Origin: Blastocladiella emersonii ATCC 22665
Taxonomy: Eukaryota > Fungi > Blastocladiomycota
Direction: 5' to 3'
Length of the DNA: 64,000 bases
Assembly: GCA_025594325.1 (NCBI GenBank)
Contig: JANHCV010000002.1
Coordinates: 2,418,001-2,482,000 of the forward strand
The translations under genes were made by a program, and so were the position numbers. How positions within the stretch are numbered: the first letter of the stretch is position 1; every line of letters starts with the position of its first letter. Positions 45,502-58,009 of the stretch are shown in pieces. Under the pieces are notes generated by a model that saw nothing but the letters and a program-made list of their open reading frames with translations, had not been told where the DNA came from and searched no databases.

Positions 45502-48500
45502 CTACTCGACTCGGGGCCCGCTTTTGAGGATCCCGTCCACGGCGCGCTCCCATCCCATGGTCGCCTGCGACATGTCCACGGCGGGGTCGAGCGTGACGGA
45601 CACGAGGAGCTCGGACGGGTACGCGCTAATGCGCGCCGCGTCCACTACTCCCGCGGCTGAGGCTGACGCGGCGTGGCCGCTCGCGGCGTATGGCGCCGAC
45701 TCGTGGCGGGACTCGCCGCCGCCGCCGTGGCTGAGATGGTGGTGGTAGACCGGCGGCCGGCGCGGCTGCTCGATGAGCGAGGAGGGTACCGGCTGCTTCT
45801 GCTGCTGCGACCGCGACAACGACGTCGGGAGCTCGAACCGGATCAGCGCCTGGATGCTGCCCCACTCGATGATCTTGGACTCGAGCCACCGCAGGTTGAC
45901 GGGCTTGGACACGAAATCGTTGCACCCGGCGTTGATGGCGTTCCTGCGGTCCTCGGTGCTGCTCGAGGCCGTGAGCGCGACCACGATGCACCGGAACAGC
46001 GCCGACGACGACGATCCGCTCGCCGTGGGCTGCTGCTGCACCGACGCGCCGGGCGTGGCGAGCGCGAGGGCCGAAGATGACGCGGCCGCCGGCGTGGAGG
46101 GTACCCGCGGCGACACGGCGGGCGAGGCGGGCTGGGACGCGGCGAGCGCCGTGGACGAGCTGCGGCCGAGGAGCAGGTCGCCCGGCCCGCTCCAGCGGCT
46201 CTGGCGGAGCTGGCTGTCGGTGAAGTTGGCGGGCCCGCTCGACGTGCGCGCGCGCGTGCGCTCCTTGGGGACGACGTCAGCGTGCGCGAGCAGGGCGTCG
46301 ACGCCGCGCGCGAACATGGGTTTCTTCGAGTCCTCGTTGATCCTGGCGCTTGGGGCGGGCAGCGGACCGTTGGTCGCGCTCTGGTTCCACTCACCGAGGA
46401 CGCGTGGCGTGGGATCGGGATCGGCAGCGACCGCAACCGCGCCGAGCGACCCCGCAAACACGGCCGACGGCGAGGGCACGGCCGGCGATGAGGGCACGGC
46501 CGACGGCGAGGGCGGGTCGACCGTGATCAGCTGTTGGTGGACAGTCGGCCCGCGTGCGTGTACGGCAGGCCAGCAATCCTCAATAGCGCGCATCCGCCGC
46601 GTGGCCTCGAGCCCGTCGAGGACGGGCAGCTGCAGGTCCATGAGGACGAGGTGGAACTCGGTGCCGGACCCAGGCGGCGCGGCCGCGAACTTGCGCACGG
46701 CCTCGGCGCCGTCGCGCGCGCACGCGTACGTGATGCCGCGGCTGCTGAGGAACGAAGTCAGGATCCGCAGGTTGATCGGGTTGTCCTCGACCAGCAGCAC
46801 GCGGATCTTGGGGATCACGCGCTGCTGCGAGCGGAGCGGCGGGAAGTGGCTCGCCGGCGGCGGGTGCGGGCGGGGGACCGACGTGAGCTCCGACGCCGCC
46901 GCGCGCGACGCGTCGTTGGTGAGCGGGAACTGGTCGGCGGCAGGCCCGCTGCGCACCGTCGACGGCGGCGTGCCCGTCGTCATGGCGCAGTCCGAGTCGC
47001 TGGTGGCCGTGGCCGCGTCGGGGTCCGACGGCGGCCGCTCGTACGGGCGGCGGCTCGGCGTCGGCAGGTCGACGTCGCGCACGGGTGGTGCAGCGCAGAG
47101 CTCCGACGCGAGGGGACCGCGCGGCGGAGCGGCCGCGGAGACGAGCGCGAGTCCCGGCGGCATGATCGGCGCCGGCGAGTGCCGTGGCTCCTGGATAGGC
47201 TCGGCGACGACGATGGACGGGAGCGGCGTGTCTACCGCTGCCGGCGCCGCCGCCATCTTGGGCGCGGGAGCAGCGACGCCCGCCCGCTCGACCACGGGCG
47301 GCGGGCCGAACGGCGATCCGCTGGGCGCAATCTCGAGCGTAGGCGTGGGCGGGACGCTCATCCAGCTAGCGAGCGCGGCGGCCGAGAGCTCGAGGTCGGA
47401 CCCGGTGCGGTCGCTGCCGGCGTCGCCTTCGTCCTCGTCGTCCTCGTCCATGGCGTCCAGCACCTGCTCGCGCAGGTCCGACAAGTACGCGAGGGCCTTG
47501 GGCACGGGCGACTGGCGGCGGCCGACCATGACGGTGAGCACGAACCCGGCCGCGTGCAGCGCCGCGAGGGTGACGGGCGACGGCGCGGGGGGTGCTGGAG
47601 CGGATCCGCGGACGGCGGGCGAGGCCGGAGCCGCAGCGGTGTATGGCGACGGCTGGCCGGCGAGCGCGGCGAGGAAGTCGACGGCGTCGTCGGGTGTCTC
47701 GAGGACGGCGAGGACGCCGACGGTCGTGCTGGTAGCCTGGCCCGCGGTCGGGGTCAGGGGGACCGGCGCCGCCGCCGTGAGCCGGTCGCCGTGGACGGCC
47801 ACGAGCTCGGCGAGCGCGGCGAGCCCCGCCTCGGGCCGCGGCACGTCGAGTATGAGCAGGTTCGGGAGCACCTCGACGCGCAGCGAGCGTAAATGGCAGA
47901 ACGGGATCGCACCCCACGGCGTGTTCCACTCCATGAGCTCGCTCGGCGCGGTGCTCGCGTGGGTGCCCGTCCCGCGCGCGGCCGCGGGGACGCTGGTTGT
48001 CGTTGAGGCCGGCACGGCGCGCCGCGTCACGGTGCGCAGGCACCCGCGTGCGTTCTTGGACTCGGACGGCGTCGTGGACCTGGCGGGATCCGGGATGGCG
48101 GCAGTCGTCGCGGCCGCCCTGTTGTCGCCGTCGCGGTCCCCACGCACCTCGGTGGCGAAGTACCCGAGCAGCTCGCAGTTGCCCGCGCCGCCGTGCATGA
48201 GCCAGAAGCACAGCCGCACGAGCGACTCGCGCTCGTCGTCGTCGGACGTGGATGCCGCGTCGGGGTCCATGCCGCTGCCGGTACCTGCGCCGGGGATCGA
48301 CAGGTGGTCAGAGGCTGGACCAGATGTCTCGGGCGCGGCAGCCGGGACGCGGTACGGCGACAGGTGAAGAGGCACGCCAGTGAGGCTGGGCGGCGGGCGG
48401 ACGGTGGTGACGGGGAGACGAATATCGGCGACGAGTCCCGCGGCGTGGTCGAGGTGCACGACCTCGAGCTCGCACCCGAGGTGGCGGAGGCGCTGCTCGA

Positions 48501-49695
48501 AGCGGGTCCACTGGGCGGCGGCCGCCGCGATGTTCGCGGCTTCCGTGGCCGTCAACAGGTCGCCGTCACGCTGGCCGGGGTGCATGAGCTGCAGCGACAG
48601 GGACGCGTGCGGCTCGTTGCCGTTGCCGTGCATGACGTGCAGCACGGCGGACATGGAGGTGCCGCCGCCGCTGGGCCGACCGCACACGAGCGCGTCGACG
48701 GCGCACCTGAACACGGCCATGAGCAGCTGGCTCAGGAACACCTGGTCGGCGACGACCCACGCCGCCGGGTCGGCGCACACGACGCGGAACGAGATGTGGT
48801 TGCGGAACGCGAGCAGGTGAACCTGAGACGGGTGTTAGCAGAGCGCATGTGAGCCGATTGAGAGCGAGAGGCAGCGTACCATGTCAGTCACGGCCCAGAA
48901 GAGGTTGCACATGTCAAACTCGATGTCGCGGTCAGACCCGCGCGTCGACGAGCGGCGGATCGCGGGCGGTGGCAGGCCCGAGTTGCCCGCGGACGCGGAC
49001 GCGGGCTGGCGGCGGCTCTCGTGGAGGAGGCGCGACGCGTCGGTGGCGGCGGACGCGGTGCGGATGACCATGGAGCACAGGTGGATGCCGAGCAGGACGG
49101 ACCCGCGCAGGAGCTCGGACGCAGCCTCGACGGCCGGGTGGCCGACGCTGGCGCGGTCGAGCTGCGCGAGGAACTTGCTGGCGTGCATCATGAACACGGT
49201 GGCGGCCGACGCGGCGAGCGGGCCGAGGCGCGGCTCGGCCAGGATCACGGCGCCATCACGCGCTGACCGCGCTGCCGCCGGTGTGGCGAAAGCGCCGCGG
49301 CGCGACAGCGGCGAGGTGCGGCGCAGCCAGGTGGCCGCATCCGACGACTTGGAGCGCATCGACTCGAGCCCGCCGCCGACGACGGGCGCGAACGATGCCG
49401 CGGCGGGTGGAGGAGAGACAATGGCAGCGCCGACCGCGTTGGTGTGTGACGGCGGCGTGGGGCTCGGCGACGCGTCGAGCAGGACGCGGGACGGCGCCAT
49501 GGCCCGCGCCGAGGGCGGGTGAGGCGCGGCAGCGGAAGGCGCATCGGCGGCAGCGATGCCCGACGACGAAGGCGTGGGAGCAGCGGCCCACGGGTGGATG
49601 CCGGCGGCCGACGCGCGCGTGGCGAGTGCGGGCGGGCGGCGGCGGTGGTCCGTGGACGGGCGCGGCGCGTTGCGGAGTTCGCCCGGGAGCGACAT
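45502..49695 (-). CDS. SSK1: Ssk1/Mcs4-type response regulator, about 1378 aa; join(49695..48880,48822..45502)
   Basis: Receiver motifs IRVLLVEDNPIN, LVLMDLQLPVLDGLEATRRMR, IVVALTASS...AGCNDFVSKPV, followed by the Ssk1-typical LRWLESKIIEWGSIQALI. 57-nt intron with GCTAAC branch point. Confidence 0.85.
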
Positions 49696-50943
49696 GGTGG
49701 ACGGTGGGAGATGGCAGGAGGGTGGGTGACGCGCGCAATGGATCAAGATGGAGCAAGGAGGGCGGGCTGAGCGACGTGGGCAATCGGATGCGGGATCGCG
49801 TTCACGGCGTGACGCTGTGAGGTTGGTGCGCGGGTGTGATGGCGATTGTGATGACGGCGGGTGGGGCGGGGATCGAGCAAGATACCGGCGGCGACGGGAG
49901 GGAGAAAGCGTGGTCGAGAGCGCACGGCCGCGCGAGTGGGCGGGGCCGGGCCACAATCGGCGGCGACAAGCTGGTCCATGGTGCGCGGTCCGCTGCCTCC
50001 CGTTTTGGTGCACTGCGGAAGGGGGGGGGGGGTGGGAACGGTGGTGGGAGGCGGCACGCGCGCGCTGCGTGTCGCGCGGAGCAACAGCACCGGATTGCGA
50101 CGAGTTGATCCGTTCTGCCCTTCCGCTGTGGGCAGCGTCAGAAAACGGGCCTCGACGCGCTGTGGAGGCGGGAGACGGACCGCGACCATTGGCGGCGGGC
50201 GAGCGTGATCCAGGGCGGATGTTCGTGGCACGGTGGCGCAGCGCGTCCCGACGAGTCAGTTTCGCCAAGGGAACTTGGTTCCGCGGCGTCCGAGTCGTCC
50301 CCCGCTCGCTCCTTGTCGCTTCCACTGCAACGTCGCTTCACATAGAGCGCACCGGTACCCCGCTCGCTTGTTGCTGGGTAAACGTTGTAGTTCCCGCCCA
50401 GACGGCGAGCGGCCTCGGCCGACAGTCGGAGTGCACTCGGTCGCCGCGAGCCTCGAGCCACTCAACGTCGGCCGTCACTGTTCGAAAGGTTCACATCTTC
50501 CAGGTGCGGGTCAATTAATTAACTGGGCGGGATCTCCTGCTGGCCGGCCGCAGCTGAGAACCCGACTTTGAGCGCGGGCGATTCACCTGCAAGTTCGCCG
50601 AGTCCGCTCGCCTCACACAAATGGCCGTCAAGTACCTTTGCAGCACAGCTGTGAACCGGGTCCAACACACAGCGTGCGAGCAATGGTCCAGGTTGGGCAG
50701 ACAAGGGCCGGCCCGAGGGACTCTGACGTGAGCAGCGTGGTGTCTGCCCTTGCTCGCGACGGACCGACCGACCAGCCGCGAGGGGAGAACAATGCGATGC
50801 GCTAAGTCGATTGAGCTCCACGACACTCTCGCCAAACGTGCGTGGGACACGAGAGCACCGTGTACGAGCGACAGCAGGTTTCAAAACGCAGATCAAGTGT
50901 ATCACAAAACTTCAGCGAACCACCACGCCGCCTTCTCTCTCTA

Positions 50944-51576
50944 CTACTGCACCTTCTTGGCCGTACCGTTCGGCACCGCGGGCGCACCACGCTTGCTCGC
51001 CGCGATCGGCACCTTCTGGCGGCCATCCCGGCCAATCCCCGACGCGAACCGCGCGGCGGCGCCGAGGAACACGACGACGCCGAGCGCGGTGGCCGCCCAC
51101 GTGGCGAGGTGGACGTAGGCGAGGGCGTCGGGGACGTCGACCTTGGCGGGGACGGCCCCGACGCCGAACGCGGACGCGATGAGGGCGACCCACGCGTTCT
51201 GGACCATGTCGAGGACGCCCGCGACGAGCGGGACGAGCGGCGCCCAGTCGGCGATCCCCTGCTTGGCGGTACCGAAGGGGTCGAGGGTCCCCGAGATCGC
51301 GAGGGCCGCGATCCCGGCCATGACGGGCGACTGGAGCACCGCGAGCAGGGCGGCGTGCCGTGCGAGCGCCGCGGCGTCGGGCGCGTCGGCGATGAGCGCG
51401 GCGAACTCGTCGGGGGTGCTGGCGAAGGTGCGGGTCGGGAAGTCGAACGTGGACCCGAGCGTCACGGTCTGGTGGTACCGCAGGACCGGCGACGACGCCA
51501 GGTACACGGTCGTGAGCACCAGGAACGCGGTCCACGAGCGGTGGCGCGCGATCGACCGGGCGAGCGAGGACGTCAT
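50944..51576 (-). CDS. Uncharacterised membrane protein (~4 TM) with a C-terminal KKxx motif
   Basis: 210 aa intronless ORF with host codon bias, hydrophobic segments and PLVAGVLDMVQN; ends AKKVQ. Confidence 0.7.
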   Translation of the reverse strand: MTSSLARSIARHRSWTAFLVLTTVYLASSPVLRYHQTVTLGSTFDFPTRTFASTPDEFAALIADAPDAAALARHAALLAVLQSPVMAGIAALAISGTLDPFGTAKQGIADWAPLVPLVAGVLDMVQNAWVALIASAFGVGAVPAKVDVPDALAYVHLATWAATALGVVVFLGAAARFASGIGRDGRQKVPIAASKRGAPAVPNGTAKKVQ

Positions 51577-51885
51577 GCTACAGTTGGCGGGGCGGCGTCA
51601 GGGTCGGGGTCGGGCGGCTCCTCGGGTTGCTGGGGTGCAGGTGCGAGCAGTACATGGCAGCTACGTGTATCTTCTTCTTCTCTTCTGTTCAGTGAGGGGA
51701 GCGGCGGCCTTCCTGCGCGGTCGGTCGCCGCTTTTGTTCGCGGCCGCTCTCTCGGCGTGGACGCCACGGCACGCGCCGCTCTCCGACGCGTGGGAAACGC
51801 GGCCCACGCGGCCAATCCGAATACTCCCGCCACTATTCCGATACCCTTCCACGTTGCACGAATCACGGCATACATCACAATATTA

Positions 51886-54800
51886 TCACTCGCACCACAC
51901 CGGCTTCACCAGCTCACTCACCACGCCCGCCTCAACTGTTCCCGCAGCCACGAACCGAACAAGCCGGACCGCTCCCTCGCGCCCGGGCCGCGCGACTCGC
52001 GCCACGGCGTACATTTCGGCCTCGCGCGCGGCGTGCGGCGACTCGCCGTTGAGCGGGTGGACGAACACGGCGTGCGTCGCCTCGCTGACCTCGGGCGCAT
52101 CGCGGCCGCCGCGGTGGATCAGGACCCGCGCGTCGCCGCGGCGGAACGCGTCGACGGCCGCCGTGCGCCCCTCGCGGGTCGTCGCGTCCGCGGCCGTGAC
52201 GCCGGCGCGCGCGAGCGCCGCGGCGAGGAATTGCGCGAGGACCGGGGACTCGCACCACGCGACGGCGCGCGCGGCGGGCTGGTCGCGTGCGAGGTACCGG
52301 ACGACGGCGGCGAGCTTGGACCCGTCTACGCCGGCGTCGCCGCCAAAGTACGGCGCGACGCGCGTGCCCTTGTCCCCCATACACTCGATACACTTGACCT
52401 GCCCGTTGGGCGTGACGCCGAACCCGCCCTCGTGCACCTGGACGGGCTCGGCGCACTGCGCGCACGCGAGCGAGGTCGCGCCGACGGCCGCGTCGGCGAG
52501 TGCGCACGTCGTGAGGAGCGTGGCGCGGTCGCGCGTGTGCTGAATCACGGCCGAGCGGGCGGCGGAGACGGCGGCGAACTGGTCGCGCAGCGTGAGGCGC
52601 GTTTTGACGGGGACCGCGCCGCCCTCGTTCATGTCAGCGTCGGCGGGCGCAGGGAGGTCCGCGGCGTCGATGCCCGACTGCACCGCCCACTGGCGCGCCA
52701 CGGGCCAGACCCGAACGCTCGCCGCGAGCTGGTCGCGCGCGCGGTGGAGCTTCGTCTCGGCGTCGGCGACCGCGGCGTCGAGCTGCGCAAGCGCCAGCTG
52801 GCGGTGCGCCTGCAGCGCGCGGGCGACGTCGACGGGCGCCACGGGTGCCGCGGCGGCAGGGACAAGCGGCGCAAGGGCCGCCGCGAGCTGCGGGTGCTGG
52901 AGCGCCTTGATGAACTCGGCCTGCGCGCCATGCCCCACCGCCGCCGCGGCCGCTGCGGCGTGCGCGAGGGCGATCTCGACGGGCGTCGGGTGCACGGCGA
53001 CCGTCTCGAACTCGATCTCGGGCGCTGGCACGCGAGTGACGGTGCGTGCAAACTGCGCCGCGTACGCGAGGACGCTCTCGGGGCCGGGCGGGATCGTGTC
53101 GCCGCCGACAAGGGCAAAGACACGCCGCGCGGCTTCCTCGTCGCCCAAAACCGCGGGATCCGCAGCGAGCCCGACGTACGCGTGCGCGCGCAATCCCAGC
53201 AAACACTCGCGCTCGGCGCCGCGCGCCGCCTCCTCGGCCGTCATGGCCCACCGCGTCGACTTGTTGGTAGCGCCGAACCGGTCGACGGGCACCTTGGCGC
53301 CGGCCGCCGAGTACGTCTCGGGGAGGTCGACGACGAGCCGGGCGAACCACACGCGCTCGAGGACCGCGTTGCCCTTGGGCCCGTCGCGCACCGCGTCGGC
53401 GAGCAGGCGGACGAACGCGAGCTGGTCGCGCGGGTACTTGCGCGCGTCCTCTCCCTCCGAAAACGTGCACGGGAGGGGCGCGCCGTACTTGGGCGTGCCC
53501 AAGACGTGCGCCGCGACGCCCGCGCGGTACTTTTTGTTCACGAGGAGGTCGACCGAGGCGAGGACGACGTCGGCGGTCGCGAGCTCGCGCCACGGCACCA
53601 CGTCGCCCGCGGTCTGCATGACGAGCACGCGGGACGACGGGTGGAGGCTCGCGCGCAGCGTGTCGGCCCACGCCGTGACGTGCTGCCCGGCGCACACGAC
53701 CAGCGTCGCGCGCGACGCCGCGTACTCGCTCGGCACCTCGGGCGTGTCGGCCGCGGGGTACGGCCGCGCGGCGACGAGGGCGGCGGCCAGGCGCGCGCGG
53801 GACGCGACGTCGGACTCGCCCTCGCCGCGCGGGACCACGACCAGCGCGCCGCGCGCGTCCACCGCCTCGGGCGCCACCGCCGCGTGCCGCACCCACGGCT
53901 CCCCGGAGACCGCAAACGCGCCGCCGCCGTGCGCGTGCACGTACACAGCGCCTTGGTGGCCTAGGCGGAAGTACGGCTCGCGCGCCGCCGCGTCGCGAGG
54001 GGCAAAGGCGCGTGCGGCCGCGCTCGACTCGAGGCCGGCGAGCCACGCGACGGTGCGCTTCTCGAACTCGGTGAGCTCGTCGCCCACAAACCCGGACGGC
54101 GTGCGCGGGACCATCTCGGCGCTGGTCGGCGCCCACTCGTGGGTCCCCGGGACCGGCACGCCCGTACTCGGCACGGCGACGGGCGTCGCGATCGCCGGGT
54201 GGTAGTGCTCGAACAGCAACCGCAGGGCGCGGCGGGCGCCGGGCACGTTATCGCGCAGGTCGGCGTTGGCCTTGGCGGTGCGCAGGTACGCGGTCCACCG
54301 GTACGCGAACCGGGTCCCGTCGCGCGGGTAGGCGGCGCCGGCGACGGGGCGCACGGCCATGCGGAGGTACGGCAGGACGGCCGGGTCGAGCGCCGCGGTC
54401 AGGCGCGCGGGCGGGTCGGCCGAGACGGGGAGCAGGACGTCACCCGGCCGGGTCGCCCAGGGCGCGCGCCACTCCTTGCTCGCAATGGGCGCGTGCGGCG
54501 GGCACGAAGGGAGGTCGGCGGCGGGCGCCGGGTCGTCGTCGGCGAGGAACGCGGGCGCGGCGGCGAGCGACCACACGCGCATGGCGAGGATCGACGGCTG
54601 GATGGGCGTCCAGTCGTAGTTGGTCATGGTGCGCCACGACGCGTAGAAGGGGTCGTCGTAGTAGGCCGGGCGGAACGCGAACGCGTCGAGCTTGGCGCCA
54701 CGCTCGGGCGTCCAGCCCATGAGCTCCCCGCAACCGTCCGGGTGCCGGTAGTAGACGGTCTCGGTCTCGGTCTCGTGGAACGGCTGCGGCGTGTGTGCGC

Positions 54801-55541
54801 GGCCGTCGGCGAGCCGGACGCTGCGCAGCACGGGCTCCGTGTGCATGGTGCACTCGGCGAGGACGGGGAGGTCGGGCGAGGTCCACTTGCCTGTGGCCGC
54901 GTCGAGCGAGCCGCGCGGCATGGGCAGCCGCGACGCCGTCTCGCACACGTCGGAGCCGAGGTACAGGTCTAGTTGCGAGGACGGGTGAGGTTAGCGACGC
55001 ATCCCGTCGCGTTCGAGAGACAGCACGCACCAGGCTGATCGGCGGCCAACTCGCTCGTCCCGTCGAGATACTCGGCAACCGCCGCCTCGTCGGCCATCCC
55101 ACACGGCGCGTCGTCGCTCGCAGCGGGGTCGGCGTAGTCGGGGACGCCGGGGAACGGAATCCACCACCCGCACGCGGCGCGCTCGGCGTGGAGGTGCGCC
55201 TGGGCGACGACGGCCGGGTCGCGCAGCGCCCACGCGTTCGGGTCGGCGTCGACGGGCAGTGGAACGAACGAGGCAGCAGCGGCAGCGGCGGCGGCGGCGG
55301 CCTTGGCCGACTTGGCCTTGGGCCTCGCCTTGCCCTTGCTGGGGGCAGCGGGTTTCGCGGCGCCGGCGGCGAACTTGCGCGCGCGCTTCTTCGGCGACGC
55401 GACGTCCTCATCCTCGTCGGCACCACACTCGTCGCTCTCGGGCGCGTAGTCGGCGGTAGCAACAGCGGCCTTCTTGGCCGAGGCGCGGAGCGGGCGCTTG
55501 CGCGCTGTCGCGGTAGGCTCGGAGGTCGACGCGCTGGTCAT
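51886..55541 (-). CDS. Degenerate SNF2/Rad5-like helicase with RING remnant, about 1197 aa; join(55541..55031,54968..51886)
   Basis: TLVVCAGQHVTAW (motif Ia TLVV.P...QW), WFARLVVDLPE (motif II WxRxxxDEAH), RWAMTA (motif III), CAQC...TPNGQVKCIEC RING remnant, GSKLAAVVRYL, RARAVAWCE, ATHAVFVHP...QA-like...RVARPGREGAVRLVRFVAAGTVE. TATAAA on the minus strand at ~55597-55602. Confidence 0.8.
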
Positions 55542-55779
55542 GGTTCAGATTGCATGGGGTTCTGGCGTTCATGTAGTCGTCGAGGGGCCGTGGGGGTTTA
55601 TAAGAGAAGGCGCGAGTGAGCCACCGGACGCGACGAGGGACTCATGGCACGTGGTGCAGCGCGAGCGCGTGCACCGGTTCTGCGCTCACTCGTCGAGTCG
55701 ATGGGCGCCTCATCTGGACCGCATTGCGTGTGAGCAATACATGTAATATGATGAGTGACTCGCTCGTCGACAACACCGC

Positions 55780-57312
55780 CTACTGCTTGGCCTCGGTCGC
55801 GGTCGCGGGAGCCGCGGCCTTGTCCTTCTTGCCGCCGTCGCCGCCCTTCTTCTTGCCGCCCTTGCCGCCCTTGGCCGCCTGGGCCTCGGCGCCGAGGTCG
55901 AGCAGCTCGAACGCGGACTGGAGGGTGTCGCCGACGAGCCCGTGGTCGCGGGCCCACGGCATGGGCCGGGACGCGTCCATGTACTGGAGCACCGTGGCGT
56001 CGGTGACGGCGGCCTTGCGGGCCTGGAAGTCGGCGCACAGCGCCTGGAGGACGTCGATGCACGCCTTCTTGAGCTCGCCCGTGAGCATCTCGCCCGAGCG
56101 GTACGCCGCCTGGATGCGGGCGAGCTCGGCGTCGTCCTCGAGGAAGAAGCTGAGGTACTGGAAGCTCACGTCCACGTCCGGGTCGCCGCCGAGCTCGCGG
56201 TGCAGCTCGACCGTGTCGCGGCCGCCCGAGAAGGCGTACTTGTTGATCTTGTCCTTGATCTTCTTGGCCGTGTCCGACATGAAGATGGCCGACGTGTCGA
56301 CCGACGCCGACATCTTGGACTGCGACCCCTGCAGCGCCGGGAAGAACTTGGCGTGCACCAGCGCCGGCTTCGGGTACCCGAGCTTGTGCGCGACGTCGCG
56401 CGTCAGGCGGAAGTACGGGTCCTGGTCGATCGCGCACGGGATCAGGCACGGGATGTCGCTGCGCGCGCCGAAAATGTGCGGGAACGAGTTGGAAAAGGAC
56501 GGCGCCGCCTGCACCGCCACGAAGTGCGACTTGCCAATGTTGTCCGACTCGACGAACCCGAACGCGGCCTTCGACGTCGAGTACGTGATGCACTTGGCGA
56601 TCCGCACCATGTTGTGGTAGAAGGTGCCGCCGACGTAGTTGAGGTTCGAGAAGATGAACGTCTTGTTGAGGTCGAACCCGCACGCGATAATGTCCTTGGC
56701 GTTCTCCTGCGCAAACTTGAAGCACTGCTCGACCGTCAGGTCCTGCTTGAACAGGAACTTTTCGTCGTCCGTCAGCTGGATCACGATCGGCACGTCGAAC
56801 ACGTCCTGCAGCCACTTGCAGAACAGGAACGGGATGAAGTGGCCCAGGTGCATCGAGTCCGACGACGGCCCGCGGCCCGTGTACAGGTAGAAGGGCTGCT
56901 TCTTCTCGAACCGCGTCAGGATCTGGTCGAGCTCGCTACACAGGAGGTCAGGCCCAGGTACAGTTGAGCTCGTAAGCGCAGAATCGTTCGTACCGGTGCG
57001 AGAAAAAGATGCCGCGGCGCAGGAACCGGTGCGGCTTGTGGCCCGTGACGCGCTCGAACCGCTCGAGCAGCGCCGCGTCAATGGCCTTGGTGCCAAACTG
57101 CTCAATCAACTTGTTGTAGTTGATGGGCTGCGGCTTGCCGTCGACCACGGCGCCCTGCACGTTCCACGGGTCGACTTGCTGCTCGGCAGTGCTACAGCGC
57201 AGCGGAGGGGTGTCAGGTCGCACGGACGCAACAGCCAGTCGTCCGTGAGGGCGTACTCGACAACGGGCGCAGCGGCCGCAACCTCGATTCCGACTCCGGC
57301 GGGGGCAGACAT
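55780..57312 (-). CDS. WRS1: Cytoplasmic tryptophanyl-tRNA synthetase; join(57312..57257,57191..56994,56935..55780)
   Basis: [41 protein letters not shown] (HIGH), [21 protein letters not shown] (KMSKS). Confidence 0.95.
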
Positions 57313-58009
57313 GTTATACACTGCGGGTGGCGTGGCGTGGCGCGGCGTGAGCGGTCGTCGGTCCCGCGTCCTGGACATGGTTCCATCAGCATACATGGGC
57401 GTGCTAGTGTGGGCCAGCAAGTCTATTGCTACAGAGGGAAGAGCGCGAGTTGCGCCGCACTTTTGAACAGCGTTGGCGACAAGTGGGCGTTCTGGGCGCC
57501 GAGTAACCGCGTCATGTGCCCTCACCCGACGCAAGACGCACTCGCTCGCCGAGACTCACCGCGTCGACTCCGCCACCCCGCTGCACTGCTCGCGGTGTGC
57601 TACATCGCGACGGCGTGATTCATGGCAGCACAATGAACACGTTGAAGAATCGGGCTAGGTCCTTGCTCGTGACGCGGTCTACCACGGTGAGTTGGGCAAA
57701 GACTCATTGCTACTGACGCGCAAGCGTGGCCATGACTGGGTCAGCACTACTATACGTGAGCGCGTCGACACAACTCACACCGCCAACAGCACGACGGACC
57801 GTGGCTTCGACGTTGATCTTGGCCGCCGTCGTAGTAGCCGTAGCGGTTCCTGGCAGCAACGTCGTCCGGTGGCCGTCGGAAGAGTGGTCGGCAGTGCTTC
57901 ACTGGTTCCCCGACAGGGCTACTCGGGAGCGCCGTCGCCCGAGCACATCCCAACTACTCGCGGCACTCAGCACGAGAAGCTCAAGGAGCTTCGCAGAGGG
58001 GAGACATCG

